63,799 bases of DNA, filler included, from Phoronis australis (GCA_002633005.1; 8 parts of 8 records of this genome joined end to end with filler, not necessarily neighbours in it); one strand, 5' to 3'. Positions 22,259-36,169 are shown, counted from the whole stretch's first letter. Notes: generated by a model not told the origin, from the sequence alone. Made by a program: numbers and translations.

Positions 22259-25200
22259 TATCATGCTTGGGTCCATAATAAGAGTTGATGACATCACAAA
22301 ACCAATACTCAGTCATTTTTATTTGATGAATTTGTACGCTTTTGCTGTGTAGTCGGGGTCCAAACGAAATGAATGTTTGCTAGGTATTTCCAAGATCGGT
22401 TTATAACGATAAAAGAAGAATTGTCCTTTCCCAACTACTTTAAATCAAACTCCAATTTAAAAAATAGATGTTATTGTTTGATATCTTATTCTTCACTATT
22501 TGAAGAAAAACCTCCGCTATTTTTAGTCAATATAGTTTTAAAGAGAAAACTGCGATGAAACTCTCATTTTATATCTGCTACCCGTGGTCCATACCAAGAG
22601 CAGCCTTCTCTGGACAATCCAGAACTCGAAACTAGAAGCAGGTACTCCTACTTTGAAACCGAGCTTAAAATTTTTGTCCCGTGAAAACCAAAAAATCATT
22701 TGAAAAAACAGCGTTCCTCAACGAACAAGCGCCTGACAAGTTTGAAACATTTCTTTATGAAAAATGGCTTTAGTCTGGAAAGAAAGAGGGCGCTAAAACA
22801 AAAAACCAACGAATTTGGCACATGCCGTTGTTAAGTAAATGAAAAGACGCTTCTAAGAGTTTTAAAAGGTACTAAGAGTAATGCAGTAGACTATATTTTA
22901 ATGAAAATAAACAGTCTCAAATTAGAAATTTGTTTTGACCAGTTAGTTTGGATATCATCTTCATTTTGCTTGCTTGCGACATTGGCTCCCCCTGTAATCG
23001 GACATATAGGAATATTAAAATACGAAGTTGTCCAACTTACTGCAATAGACAGTAAATTATGAATGAAAATTAGTGAAATAGTAATTTCCAACTCTTTTTA
23101 TAATTTTCAGTTCAATTCGATTGTGTTAACAAAATCTAACAAAACGCATTGCACGTGTTCAGGACTAAAACCACAGTAGCAGTGATTGATTTTCACCTAT
23201 CACTGGCGTGAGGTTAATCGAATCCCTGGCTGGCACAGTTGTCGCTGACACCTGAAAAAATGGCAAAACAGGCAGCAAGTACACTCTATGAGGTTTCTAA
23301 AAATGGAGAAATTCAACAAAGACCTGTATTTTTACCTAGCAATGCTACATCCAGCGTGAAAAAATCAAGATGTCAAAAATTATCAAAAAGCGCGATTTTG
23401 GCCACAGAAAGGAGACCATAATCCGAATGTTGTTTTAATCTAGATTCGCATAACATTCGAAATGGCGGTGTCTGCAGTCAGCTGTCTCAGATTTTGGGAA
23501 ATAATCTTGTTTTGGGATATGTGCAAAGGGTTCCTAGTGCTGCGTGTAAACGAGATACATGTATGCTTATGTCCGTGAAGATAACAACAACATTAATTTT
23601 TTTCATTTTTTGAATACTTCATTGATAAAAATTCCTCTGCCGATAATAAGGTTTCGGTTGAATAAATGGGGAATTTCGTGATAACAATTTTACCAGACAA
23701 GTTATTCATTTCAAGTACCAAAGCATGTATTCCATGTTCACAGGCTCTCAAAGGGACTTCATCATTTAGAGACCCAAAAGTTGGAGATAGCGGTTGAACG
23801 GGATAGACCTATTAAATTTATTAATTTATAAAATTTATTAATTTTGACGAGAGCCAGAAAACAACAAAATTCTCGGTTTTGTGAGGTTATTTTCTGTCAT
23901 TCATTTACTGGAGGCTGAATTCGTTACCATTTTCAAGTGGTCGTACATTTCAAGCGTACTAAAATACGCTTCTGAGAACGAAGAACGCCTACTAGGATTT
24001 TGATGAGCGGTAGGCTAATGTTCGGCTTCGTTTGCCAGAGGTACATGTAACGTGTATCGTGTTCGATTCCCCGCTACTGCTTGCTAAGTTCTGTAAAATT
24101 ACTTTCCTCACTGAGAATGTCGCTACCTGTTACTGCAGACGCAATCATTCATTGGCCAGGTATATTATGAGCGTTTGTATTTAACTCCGTATGCTGTACC
24201 CCGATTCCTTCGTTGGTCACGTGATATTGGCGTTTTCTCGCCATAGTCTAGGCATTCGTTCCCGATGATCTGCGCACACTGAAGGTGTGCTGGTTTTTAG
24301 CTTTTCTTCTTCATATTCTTCCAAAAATCAACAAACGATCGTGGTATCGATCCTTACTTGCTAATTTTATATGTAACGAGGTTTTCATGAAGTTAAGTTT
24401 TTGGTGCTGCTGTTATTTCTCAACTTCGGAAGTTTCGCAAGAAAGCAATAAAGATATTATTAAACCGTTGTAAACTCACTCGTTATCATTCGTACTCCTG
24501 CCATGACGGCGTTTTCCCGGTAAGTGGCTTTACCAGACGTAGGGGGTTCTGAGCGTGTGATAACATCTAGCTTCTTTGTTAACTGCCAAGTACACTATTT
24601 TGTCTGGTATGACAACAGGCAGGCCCATTATCTACCAGACTTATTACAGAGCACGTGTGAACACAGTCAAACTCAGAGTGAATTGGTGTCAGTATTCGGA
24701 AAGAATAGATTGTCTAACTTCGGTTGCAGTTGGGCGATTTTGGCGATTCAAAAACTAAACATGATCACCATTTGACGAAGATTTCAAAAATGCTATTGGT
24801 TTATGTTCAAATGTGTTATAACTTAACTTTTATTTTTAACAGCACAGCCCAGTCAGGGTAGATACGATCTTGTGGGAGATTAGAGCAATTATCGAACAAA
24901 AGAGAGCTGGCCCTCCAACCATAAATGTCAGAGTTAATCAGTCGTGTAAGATAGTGGCTGCTGGGGTAAACTTCCTAACTTGTTGTTGGGGTCTAGAATC
25001 GAACAAGTTGGGAGCAACGGGAAAACGCCGTAATGACTGTGCTGACAACGTTGCACGTTATCTTTAGAAAGACAGATTCCTGGTCCCTGGGTCTAATGTC
25101 TTGCGAGTGTACTGCACGTTTTACTTTATGCATGTCAAACAAATGGTCACTCTCCGAGTTGAGTCCCGAGTGTGAATATTAGCCTCAAGTAAGAAGGCAT

Positions 25201-26493
25201 TGGATATTAATTCTTAACAACATAGGTTTAACTTCAAATGTTTTGATTTTGAAAGTTAAACAAAGTCTTCCAAACAGAGGTAATTTTTGTATGCGTACCA
25301 AAAACTCAGTTTAAGCTCTAAACCTTTGGTCAAATCTTATTAAACATCGCTTCTGTTAGTTTTGCCAGCAAATTCCTTTCCTTAAGATTGCTAAATCCAT
25401 GCTTTTCCGGAATTTGAACAGTTTAGAATTGTTGGTTCTTGGACCAATAAGCAGTAGAAACTCCAAAACAGTTCAGTCGATCTTCTGGCCCTGTTGTTGG
25501 GTTTGGTGAACGCCTTAAAAGAATGATGTTCTGAACTTCGTCGAAATGTTAGATTCGTGCACATTTGCAAATACAGAATTTTAACCACAGCTGTGCTAAG
25601 TTAATTTAAATTTAAACCGTTTCACTCCCCAAACTCGTGCCTAGCAACTTTAAATTACCCTGAAACATATATCTGTTTTATCGACTTACTTCATATTACG
25701 TCCAGGACATTAGTGTCCCCTTTTGTTACTTTGTGGAAAGAACGTTTATTTTTTCATGTCCACGCACATGTGTATTACATCAAAAAATAAATCGAAAGTC
25801 AACGTCTTTCATTAGTCAAGTTGCTCTACCTTGCAATGTGTCATATATGAACATAGTCACAGCGGCTTGTTCAATACATCTACGATGAAATGGCAAGTTG
25901 AGCTCTCACAAAACGAATTGTAATTCTATTACACATCGATATTTACCGAATTGGTTGATTTTAAAATTAGAAACCAAGTGTCACGACAATACCGTTTCGT
26001 GTGCAGCAAGTACACTGTACATTTACGTAACTGCTAAAACATGATGAATCGAACCAAATTAGTAAGAACGGTCCTTGAGTACTGCAACACGAGAAATATA
26101 CATACCGCTCACACACTGGCTAAAACGCACGCGACTTCGCTAGCTTCTGTTAACCAACAGAAAAATGGTCAGAAATGTGAACGGTTTGAAGTGCCATTTA
26201 CATGACGGCTTGAGTTACGCTAAAGCTGGTGCATGTATGTTCTCCCTAGCATTTTGTAGACAGACAACATGCCTCAAAGTACACACCTGTACCGTGGTAA
26301 AAGGCATTTTTCATTCCTTTTCCATTTATTTTTTTGCCAAAAACTCCTGACCCCTCAGAAGTTACGCCCCCTTTAAATCTGACTGCAAGAACATTGAATT
26401 TGTACTGACTTGTCATCAAGGAGAGTCGGCAGTAAGAGTCGGTCGTCAATTCACCTCCAACGGGTCGTACGGAAATTCATGTAGCAATAAACT

Positions 26494-26578
26494 GCAATAC
26501 AACACAGCACAACAAGGCACAACAAGGCACAACAAGGCACAACACAACACAACACAACACAACGCAATATAGCACAAA
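26494..26578. repeat. (CACAA)n-type microsatellite; shorter copy at about 31635-31695
   Basis: caatacaacacagcacaacaaggcacaacaaggcac... in both duplication units, with different copy numbers. Confidence 0.8.
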
Positions 26579-27164
26579 AAACAATGATAATCTAAGGTAA
26601 TGTTGGTTCTTATAAAAATGACAAAATTTTACTAATGTCAAAACGTGATATTTGAGTAAGAGCTTGTTAGATTCATATAAAACTCTCATAAACTATGCTT
26701 TACAGATTGGCTGAAAAAGACACTCTTAGGAATTGTGTTTTAAATGTTTCGCATTCGCATGAGGGGTTTTCAAAATAAGACAGTCATTATTTTCATGAGA
26801 AACTTTTGAAATTTCACGAAACGAAAACGAAATGATATTTCAGAAACCTCTAACTAGGTTTTTGATACCACCTTGAACATTTACTTTTACCTCAAATACA
26901 ATTTGATCGTGTTACTGATACCGTAGTTTTGCAATTAATGTGATTTTCTCTTTTGCTCAATTATATTAAAAAGACATGGTCACGTGACCAGATTAATAAC
27001 AGATTGATAAAAAGTCAAACTTCAAAGTCTACGGGGCTTTCTACTTTTAGAAAATACATACACTAAAGCGGGAAAACGGAGTTTTGGAACCCTTATCTGA
27101 AATGGACGGCAGGTAATAATGGGTCACAGAGAACTGATATCAGAATGAAATTAAACGAAATATA

Positions 27165-27650
27165 GCGAGGGTGGGGGAGGGGAGTGTCCACGGTGTTTGG
27201 CTGTCATTGTTGAAGTCTTGACTGATACACCTTGGGTTTTTAAACATTGCCTTATTTCCGAAATTGCCGGCGATGTCAACTTCGATAAACTCTGAAGCGT
27301 TCTTGACTAGACTTAATAAGAAGTTACAGGGAACAGACAAAATAATGAATTAAGGAAAAATAAGGGGGGGGGAAGTGTCCACACTGTTTGGTTGTCATTG
27401 TTTAAATCCTATCTGATACATTTTGAGTTTTTAAACATTGCCTTATTTACGGAACTTGCCGACAATGTCAACTTCAATAAACTCTGAAGGATTTTTTGAG
27501 TCTTGGCTGAACAGCAGGTAACAACACGTCACAGGGAACTAACACAAGAATGACATAGAGATAGGGGGAGCAGAGTGTATGTGATGTTTGGCTGTCAATG
27601 TTGAAACTTTCTGAACTTGCCGGTGATGTCAACCGCAATAAACTCTGAAT
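27165..27650. repeat. Degenerate ~190-bp tandem repeat (about 3 units); also at about 32280-32765
   Basis: Recurring gtttggctgtcattgtt...gaacttgccggcgatgtcaac...ataaactctgaa...cagggaac blocks. Confidence 0.65.
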
Positions 27651-29204
27651 AGTTTCATAGTCGCTGGTGGTTGCAATCCTCTTGGCAACGGTGTATTGGT
27701 AGTGGACCTCAATTCCCATCACAGTTAACGAACGTTACGTGGCCAATTTTATGGGAATTTAAAGAGGGTTAATTCATTTTTCACTTTGAGTAGTTATTGA
27801 ACTCTGGGCAAATGCAGTTTTGAGAAATATTATTGTGAAGTATAAGAACTTGATATATCATAATTATGATTTTGAATAGTATGAAAAGTTCTATGAACGC
27901 TGTCGATTTTGTTTGTCACATTTCTTGATAATGAAGACTTGTTGATTGACAGGTATATTAAACACGAATAATTTTGAGAACTTCTATTTTGTAAATGGAT
28001 TCTTTGGAGTGAGCAGTGAATAAATGTCCTAAAATGGACAAAAAGATCTCTAAGACATTGGCTGAATTGAAAAAAGTTGACGTGAAAACACAGGCGTAAC
28101 TTGAGAATGGAAGTTCTGTTTTCCTTCTCGGTTGCTTCAGTACGGACAATGGTACAACTTGTTAGCATTTAAAATTAGTGAGGTAGAACGCGTTATCAAA
28201 ATTTGTGCAGCAGCGACTACCATTGCCGTAATAAGACGGAAGTTTAAGAAATAAAATTTTGGAGGAACACCCCGACCTGTGTTCCTTCTGCAAGCTCGAA
28301 TCTCAACTTTAGAACTTTCCGTTGAAAATAGAAATCTTTGTGCTCGCGAGTGCTACCCAAATTTCTAAAAGCGAAAGTTTACTTTTTGTGGAAACATCTG
28401 CCGAAACAGAATATAAAGTTTTAATTTCATTTGTTCAACAAATTTTCTGAAAAGTAGTAACATGGAAGAACATAACAAAGCATGGGAAATTATTCCTACG
28501 TCTCATGTGACGATCGCACAGACCATTTTTCAGCGTGCTTGAATATTTTTCGATTTTTACTTTATCGCATACGAATAAAAAGAAATGAAGAGAAACGGCG
28601 TACACTTCGCAGATAGACCTCAACGCTAAATGAAATGCTAGGATTGAGCGATTATTAATTGATATCATGTCAAACTTGATTTTGCAACCGCAAAACAGTC
28701 AAATCAGAAAATCGTTTTTATGCAACCGTTGTCTACCGACATTATCAAATATTTTTTTACAAAAAGAAGTTCATAATACTGTAAACGCGCTTATGTTAGA
28801 CGAACTTCAAAATTCCCAGAGTCCATCAAATCACCGAGCAATCATCTTCCTACAAAACCAATGTTCTCGGAAAAATTTCCAAACAAAATTCATTAGTGAA
28901 ACGATCGTTTTCTAAACACTAAATGCGCAACAACGCACCAAAATGTACAAACTGAGACATACATGAAACGTCAAAAGAATAGCAGCGTAACAAGTTTATT
29001 AAAATAAACAACTTAAACACTTGTCACCAGTTTGAACTAATTACCACCACACATCTGACTACATGCTTCACACAAGGATAAGATTTAAACACACACATCA
29101 AATTGCGCAGACGACATTCTAGTTCTTAAAATATCACAGTACTTATGATACATATTATATCTACACATTGCGCAGAAACTCGCGTTGTTCAGTACTACAT
29201 AACG

Positions 29205-30030
29205 TTATTCCTCCAAGTACTGAAATGTCTTCACCACACCTGTACCACACTCCACTACAGACACCTGACCCGGGGCCGGGAGACATAAACCAGTTGGAAA
29301 CTGGACACCACCAGGGGGCACGATCACGTGTGCACGTGCGTTGTTGTATAAAATCACCTGATGATTGCGACAGTCTGCCACCAGAATGTGACCGTGTGGG
29401 TCTACACACACACCGCGCGGCCAGTCACTCAGTTGATGGGTCAGTGTGGATACAACGGCCGGCCGTGTAGGGTCTATTGCATGGACACGACCGGGGTCAA
29501 ACTCACTGACCACCAACTGACCACAGTTGTCCATACACACATATCGTGGTCTGAACTTACTCAGCCCCAGGGTGGGGCCGTCCAACTGTTGGTGAATATC
29601 ACAGTTAAGATCCGTTATAAGTACTCGTCTCCCTAGTGCATCACACACAACCAGTCTGTCACCGTGACATGTCACAAAGCCCTCACCTGTATACACATCA
29701 GGACACACCTTCACCACCTCACCACGGCCATCATACCTGACAACACCATTAATGCCCCAGTCGGTGATGAAGATGTCACCATCTTTGTGACATGCCACGT
29801 CGACCGGCTTCTGCAGTTTGTGACGAGTTTGTTGTAACTTCAACTTTAGTTTAAAGTCGTGTTTGTCAAACACTTTCACAGTTTTGTTGCGTGCGTCTGT
29901 TACAACAAACCCCCCATCACAAACTGCCAGTCCCCAACACCAAGACTCACTCACCCCCTCACCCAGGCTGGTAAAACTACCAACACTACCCGCAGGTTCT
30001 TTAACAGTCAGTGGTGGAGTGACAGGCTGA
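29205..30030 (-). CDS. NHL six-bladed beta-propeller, C-terminal part of a TRIM-NHL gene (copy A; 5' part missing at contig junction)
   Basis: About 274 open codons with six NHL repeats (GLAV..GFVVTD..NKTVKVF; PVDVA..DGDIFITD; GFVTC.GDRLVVCD; PRYVCMD..GQLVVSE; PRGVCVD..GHILVAD..NHQVILY; PTGLCL..GQVSVVE). Stop at 29205-29207 and AATAAA on the minus strand at 28995-29000. Confidence 0.85.
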
Positions 30031-30139
30031 NCCAGCCTGCTCAAGACATGCCTGACCACAAGCTATCCCATGAGCCTTCGCGAAGGAAGTAACTCGCACA
30101 TGCGCAAAGCGTAATTCGTCTGCGCTGCAAATCCGCTAT

Positions 30140-33100
30140 TGAATTGGTGTCAGTATTCGGAAAGAATAGATTGTCGTAACTTCGGTTGCAGTTGGGCGAT
30201 TTTGGCGATTCAAAAACTAAACCTGATCACCATTTGACGTAGATTTCAAAAATGCTATTGGCTCATGTTCAAATATGTTATAACTTAACTTTTATTTTTA
30301 ACAGCACAGTCCAGTCAGGGTAGATACGATCTTATGGGAGATTAGAGCCATCATCGAACAAAAGAGAGCTGGTCCTCCAACCATAAATGTCAGAGTTAAT
30401 CAGTCGTGTAAGATTATCCCTGCAGCCAATGCTGCCAAATACTCAGTTTAAGCTCTAAACCTTTGGTCAAATCTTATTAATAATCGCTTCTGTTAGTTTT
30501 CCAGCAAATTCCTTTCCGTGTGCTTAAGATTGCTAAATCCACGCTTTTCCGGTATTTGAACAGTTTAGAATTGTTGGTTCTTGACCCAATAAGCAATAGA
30601 AACTCCAGAACAGTTCAGTCGATCTTGTGACCCTGTTGTTGGGTTTCAAGGTGAACTCCTTAAGAATGATGTTCTGAACTTCGTCGAAATGTTAGATTCG
30701 CGTGCACATTTGCAAATACAGAATGTTAACAACAACTATGCTAAGTTAATTTAAATTTAAACGGTTTCACTCGCCAAACTCGTGCCTAGCAACTTTAAAC
30801 TAGCCTGAAACATATATCTGTTTTATCGACTTACTTCATATTACGTCCAGGACATTAGTGTCCCCTGTTACTTTGTGGAAAGAACGTTTATTTTTTCATG
30901 TCCACGCACATGTGTATTACATCAAAAAATAAATCGAAAGTCAAGTCTTTCATTAGTCAAGTTGCTCCACCTTGTGTCATGTATGGACATAGTCACAGCA
31001 GCTTGTTCAAAACATCTACGATGAAGTGGAAAGTTGAGCTCTCACAAAACGAATTGTAATTCTATTACACATCGATATTTACCGAATTGATTGATTTTAA
31101 AATTAGAAACCAAGTGTCACGACAATACTGTTTCGTGTGCAGCAAGTACACTGTACATTTACGTAACTGCTAAAACATGATGAATCGAACCAAATTAGTA
31201 AGAACGTTCCTTGAGTACTGCAACACGAGAAATATAAACACCGCTCACACACTGGCTAAAACGCACGCGACTTCGCTAGCTTCTGTTAACCAACAGAAAA
31301 ATGGGCAGAAATGTGAACGGTTTGAAGTGCCATTTACATGACGGCTTGAGTTACGCTAAAGCTGGTGCATGTATGTTCTCCCTAGCATTTTGTAGACAGA
31401 CAACATGCCTCAAAATACACACCTGTACAGTGGTAAGAGGCATTTTTCATTCCTTTTCCATTTATTTTTTGCCAAAAACTCCTGACTCCTCAGAAGTTAC
31501 GCCCCCATTACATCTGACTGCAAGAACATTGAATTTGTACTGACTTGTCATCAAGGAAAGGAGAGTCGGCAGTAAGAGTCGGTCGTCAATTCACTTCCAA
31601 CGGGTCGTACGGAAATTCATGTAGCAATAAACTGCAATACAACACAGCACAACAAGGCACAACACAACGCAATACAACGCAATATAGCACAAAAAGCAAT
31701 GATAATCTAAGGTAAAGCTGGTTCTCATAAAAATGACAAAATTTTGCTAATCTCAGAACATGATATTTGAGTAAGAGCTTGTTAGATTCATATGAAACTG
31801 TCACGAACTATGCTTTACAGATTGGCTTAAAAAGACACTGTTAGGAATTGTGCTTTAAATGTTTCGCATTCGCATGAGGGGTTTTCAAAATAAGACAGTT
31901 ATTATTTTCATGAGAAATTTTTAAAATTAAACAAAACGAAAACAAAATGATATTTCAGAAACCTCTAACTAGGTTTTTGATACCACCTTGAACATTTACT
32001 TTTACATCAAATACAATTTGATCGTGTTATTGATACCGTAGTTTTGCAATTAATGTGATTTTCTCTTTTTCTCAATTATATTAAAAAGACACGGTCACGT
32101 GACCAGATTAATAACAGATTGATAAAAAGTCAAACTTCAAAGTCTACGGGGCTTTCTACTTTTAGAAAATACATACACTAAAGCGGGAAAACGGAGTGTT
32201 GGAACCCTTATCTGAAATGGACGGCAGGTAATAATGGATCACAGAGAACTGATATCAGAATGAAATTAAACGAAATATAGCGAGGGTGGGGGGAGGCCTC
32301 ACAGGTGCGATAAACCGCCAGTAACTTGAAGTCTTGACTGATACACTTTGGGTTTTTAAACATTGCCTTATTTCCGAACTTGCCGGCGATGTCAACTTCG
32401 ATAAACTCTGAAGCGTTCTTGACTAGACTTAATAAGAAGTTACAGGGAACAGACAAAATAATGAATTAAGGAAAAATAAGGGCGAGGGAAGTGTCCACAC
32501 TGTTTGGTTGTCATTGTTTAAATCCTATCTGATACATTTTGAGTTTTTAAACATTGCCTTATTTACGGAACTTGCCGACAATGTCAACTTCAATAAACTC
32601 TGAAGGATTTTTTGAGTCTTGGCTGAACAGCAGGTAACAACACGTCACAGGGAACTAACACAAGAATGACATAGAGATAGGGGGAGCAGAGTGTATGTGA
32701 TGTTTGGCTGTCAATGTTGAAACTTTCTGAACTTGCCGGTGATGTCAACCGCAATAAACTCTGAATAGTTTCATAGTCGCTGGTGGTTGCAATCCTCTTG
32801 GCAACGGTGTATTGGTAGTGGACCTCAATTCCCATCACAGTTAACGAACGTTACGTGGCCAATTTTATGGGAATTTAAAGAGGGTTAATTCATTTTTCAC
32901 TTTGAGTAGTTATTGAACTCTGGGCAAATGCAGTTTTGAGAAATATTATTGTGAAGTATAAGAACTTGATATATCATAATTATGATTTTGAATAGTATGA
33001 AAAGTTCTATGAACGCTGTCGATTTTGTTTGTCACATTTCTTGATAATGAAGACTTGTTGATTGACAGGTATATTAAACACGAATAATTTTGAGAACTTC

Positions 33101-35139
33101 TATTTTGTAAATGGATCCTTTGGAGTGAGCAGTGAATAAATGTCCTAAAATGGACAAAAAGATCTCTAAGACATTGGCTGGATTGAAAAAAGTTGACGTG
33201 AAAACACAGGCGTAACTTGAGAATGGAAGTTCTGTTTTCCTTCTCGGTTGCTTCAGTACGGACAATGGTACAACTTGTTAGCATTTAAAATTAGTGAGGT
33301 AGAACGCGTTATCAAAATTTGTGCAGCAGCGACTACCATTGCCGTAATAAGACGGAAGTTTAAAAAATAAAATTTTGGAGGAACGACCCGACCTGTATTC
33401 CTTCTGCAAGCTAGAATCTCAACCTTAGAACTTTCCGTTGAAAATCTTTGTGCTCGTGAGTGCTACCCAAATTTCTAAAAGCGAAAGTTTACTTTTTGTG
33501 GAAACCTCTGCCGAAACAGAATATAAAGTTTTAATTTCATTTGTTCAACAAATTTTCTGAAAAGTAGTAACATGGAAGAACATAACAAAGCATGGGAAAT
33601 TATTCTTACGTTTCATGTGACGATCACACAGACCATTTTTCAGCGTGCTTGAATATTTTTCGATTTTTACTTTATCGCATACGAATAAAAAGAAATGAAG
33701 AGAAACAGCGTACACTTCGCAGATAGACCTCAACGCTAAATGAAATGCTAGGATTGAGCGATTATTAATTGATATCATGTCAAACTTGATTTTGCAAGCG
33801 CAAAACAGTCACATCAGAAAATCGTTTTTATGCAACCGTTGTCTACCGACATTATCAAATATTTTTTTTACAAAAAGAAATTCATAATACTGTAAACGCG
33901 CTTATGTTAGACGAATTTCAAAATTCCCAGAGTCCCTCAAATCACCGAGCAATCATCTTCCTCCAAAACGAATATTCTCGGAAAAATTTCCAAACAAAAT
34001 TCATTAGTGAAACTATTGTTTCTAAACACTAAATGCGCAACAACGCACCAAAATGTACAAACTGAGACATACATGAAACGTCAAAAAATAGCAGCGTAAC
34101 AAGTTTATTAAAATAAATAACTTAAACACTTGTCACCAGTTTGAACTAATTACCACCACACATCTGACTACATGCTTCACACAAGGATAAGATTTAAACA
34201 CACACATCAAATTGCGCAGACGACATTCTAGTTATTAAAATATCACAGTGCATATGATACATATTATATCTACACAACGCGCAGAAACACGCGTTGTTCA
34301 GTACTACATAACGTTATTCCTCCAAGTACTGAAATGTCCTCACCACACCTGTATTATACTCCACTACAGACACCTGACCCGGGGCCGGGAGACATAAACC
34401 AGTTGGATATTGGACACCACCAGGGGGCACGATCACGTGTGCACGTGCGTTGTTGTATAAAATCACCTGATGATTGTTATAGTCTGCCACCAGAATGTGA
34501 CCGTGTGGGTCTACACACACACCGAACGGCCAGTCACTCAGTTGATGGGTCAGTGTGGATACAACGGCCGGCCGTGTCGGGTCTATTATGTGGACACGAC
34601 CGGGGAAACACTCACTGACCACCAACTGACCACAGTTGTCCATACACACATGTCGTGGTCTGAACTTACTCAGCCCCAGGGTGGGGCCGTCCAACTGTTG
34701 GTGAATATCACAGTTAAGATCCGTTATAAGTACTCGTCCCCCGTCTGTATCACACACAACCAGTCTGTCACCGTGACATGTCACATAGCCCCAGCCTTTA
34801 TACACATCACGACACACCTTCACCACCTCACCACGGCCATCATACCTGACAACACCCTTAATGCCGTGGTCGGTGATGAAGATGTGACCATCTTTGTGAC
34901 ATGTCACGTCCCACGGCCTCTGCAGTTTGTGATGAGTTTGTTGTAACTTCAACTTTAGTTTATAGTTGTGTTTCTCAAACACTTTCACAGTTTTGTTTTG
35001 CTCGTCTGTTACAACAAACCCCTCATCACAAACTGCCAGTCCACAACACCCAGACACCTTCTCCCCCTCACCCCCACTGGTAAAACTACCAACACTACCC
35101 GCAGGTTCTTTAACAGTCAGTGGTGGAGTGACAGGCTGA
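30140..35139. repeat. Tandem segmental duplication, unit B
   Basis: Direct copy of 24679-30030; it continues into the upstream part of the TRIM-NHL gene. Confidence 0.92.
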
Positions 35140-36169
35140 ACGGGTGATTTGGATGAAAGATGAAGTTGTGACACTTTTGTGTCCATTAGTTGTGATTCTA
35201 CAGTAGATTCACTATCAACAGACACGTTAGGTACTGACAGTTCAGGTGGTACAAAGTTAAACACATGTCTGTCTGCATTAAGTTCAAACTGACTGATATC
35301 TAACGATGTCAGAGTGGCGGCCATGTCATGGTACTGTAGAGTTGTTTCAGCAGGATGCGCTCTTTCAACCAGTCTCTTGGCGTATCTCAATGTACTCATC
35401 AGAGACAGTCGACTGTGTTCAGCCGCCTCGTAAGCTGCTTGACTTTGTTTTTGGACCGACTCGAACTTCTCGGTCAGTTTAGTGATCGCTTCACTTCTCT
35501 TAGTTTCNNNNNNNNNNNNNNNNNNNNNNNNNNNNNNNNNNNNNNNNNNNNNNNNNNNNNNNNNNNNNNNNNNNNNNNNNNNNNNNNNNNNNNNNNNNNN
35601 NNNNNNNNNNNNNNNNNNNNNNNNNNNNNNNNNNNNNNNNNNNNNNNNNNNNNNNNNNNNNNNNNNNNNNNNNNNNNNNNNNNNNNNNNNNNNNNNNNNN
35701 NNNNNNNNNNNNNNNNNNNNNNNNNNNNNNNNNNNNNNNNNNNNNNNNNNNNNNNNNNNNNNNNNNNNNNNNNNNNNNNNNNNNNNNNNNNNNNNNNNNN
35801 NNNNNNNNNNNNNNNNNNNNNNNNNNNNNNNNNNNNNNNNNNNNNNNNNNNNNNNNNNNNNNNNNNNNNNNNNNNNNNNNNNNNNNNNNNNNNNNNNNNN
35901 NNNNNNNNNNNNNNNNNNNNNNNNNNNNNNNNNNNNNNNNNNNNNNNNNNNNNNNNNNNNNNNNNNNNNNNNNNNNNNNNNNNNNNNNNNNNNNNNNNNN
36001 NNNNNNNNNNNNNNNNNNNNNNNNNNNNNNNNNNNNNNNNNNNNNNNNNNNNNNNNNNNNNNNNNNNNNNNNNNNNNNNNNNNNNNNNNNNNNNNNNNGG
36101 TCTTTCTAAACAGATGGGGCATTCTAACAGCCTTCGAATGTCGTCTGCGTCCTTGGAGCTGATTGCCAT
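34314..36169 (-). CDS. TRIM-NHL E3 ubiquitin ligase-like protein (RING, gap, coiled coil, NHL x6), copy B
   Basis: ATG at 36169 gives MAISSKDADDIRRLLECPICLER (RING start LECPIC). After the gap 35508-36098 come a helical coiled coil (ETKRSEAITKLTEKFESVQKQSQAAYEAAEHSRLSLMSTLRYAKRLVE), an S/P/V-rich linker and six NHL repeats. Acceptor catttcAG|GTCG lies 15 nt before the ATG; AATAAA (minus) at 34104-34109. B-boxes are inferred to lie in the gap and are not seen. Confidence 0.85.

Larger units (their letters stand above)
24679..30030. repeat. Tandem segmental duplication, unit A
   Basis: Colinear with 30140-35139 from TGAATTGGTGTCAGTATTCGG to ...GACAGGCTGA. Has about 340 extra bp at about 24952-25298. 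Ends at the single N at 30031. Confidence 0.92.

Noticed and set aside
26165-28915. Short ORFs conserved between the two duplication units
   Set aside because: Conservation simply reflects the recent duplication; there are no recognisable domains or codon-level signal.
30032-30059. N-terminus MVRHVLSRL of the 284-aa NHL ORF
   Set aside because: It lies beyond the single-N junction and does not match copy B's linker, so it is not part of the gene.
16395-35139. Diversity-generating retroelement (an RT near two repeat copies with variable codons)
   Set aside because: The RT is a LINE ORF2 with endonuclease and CCHC finger. Differences between the NHL copies are not adenine-specific (for example CGC/TTC, GTC/TGG, CTG/GGG), and both copies are open coding frames rather than a template/variable pair.
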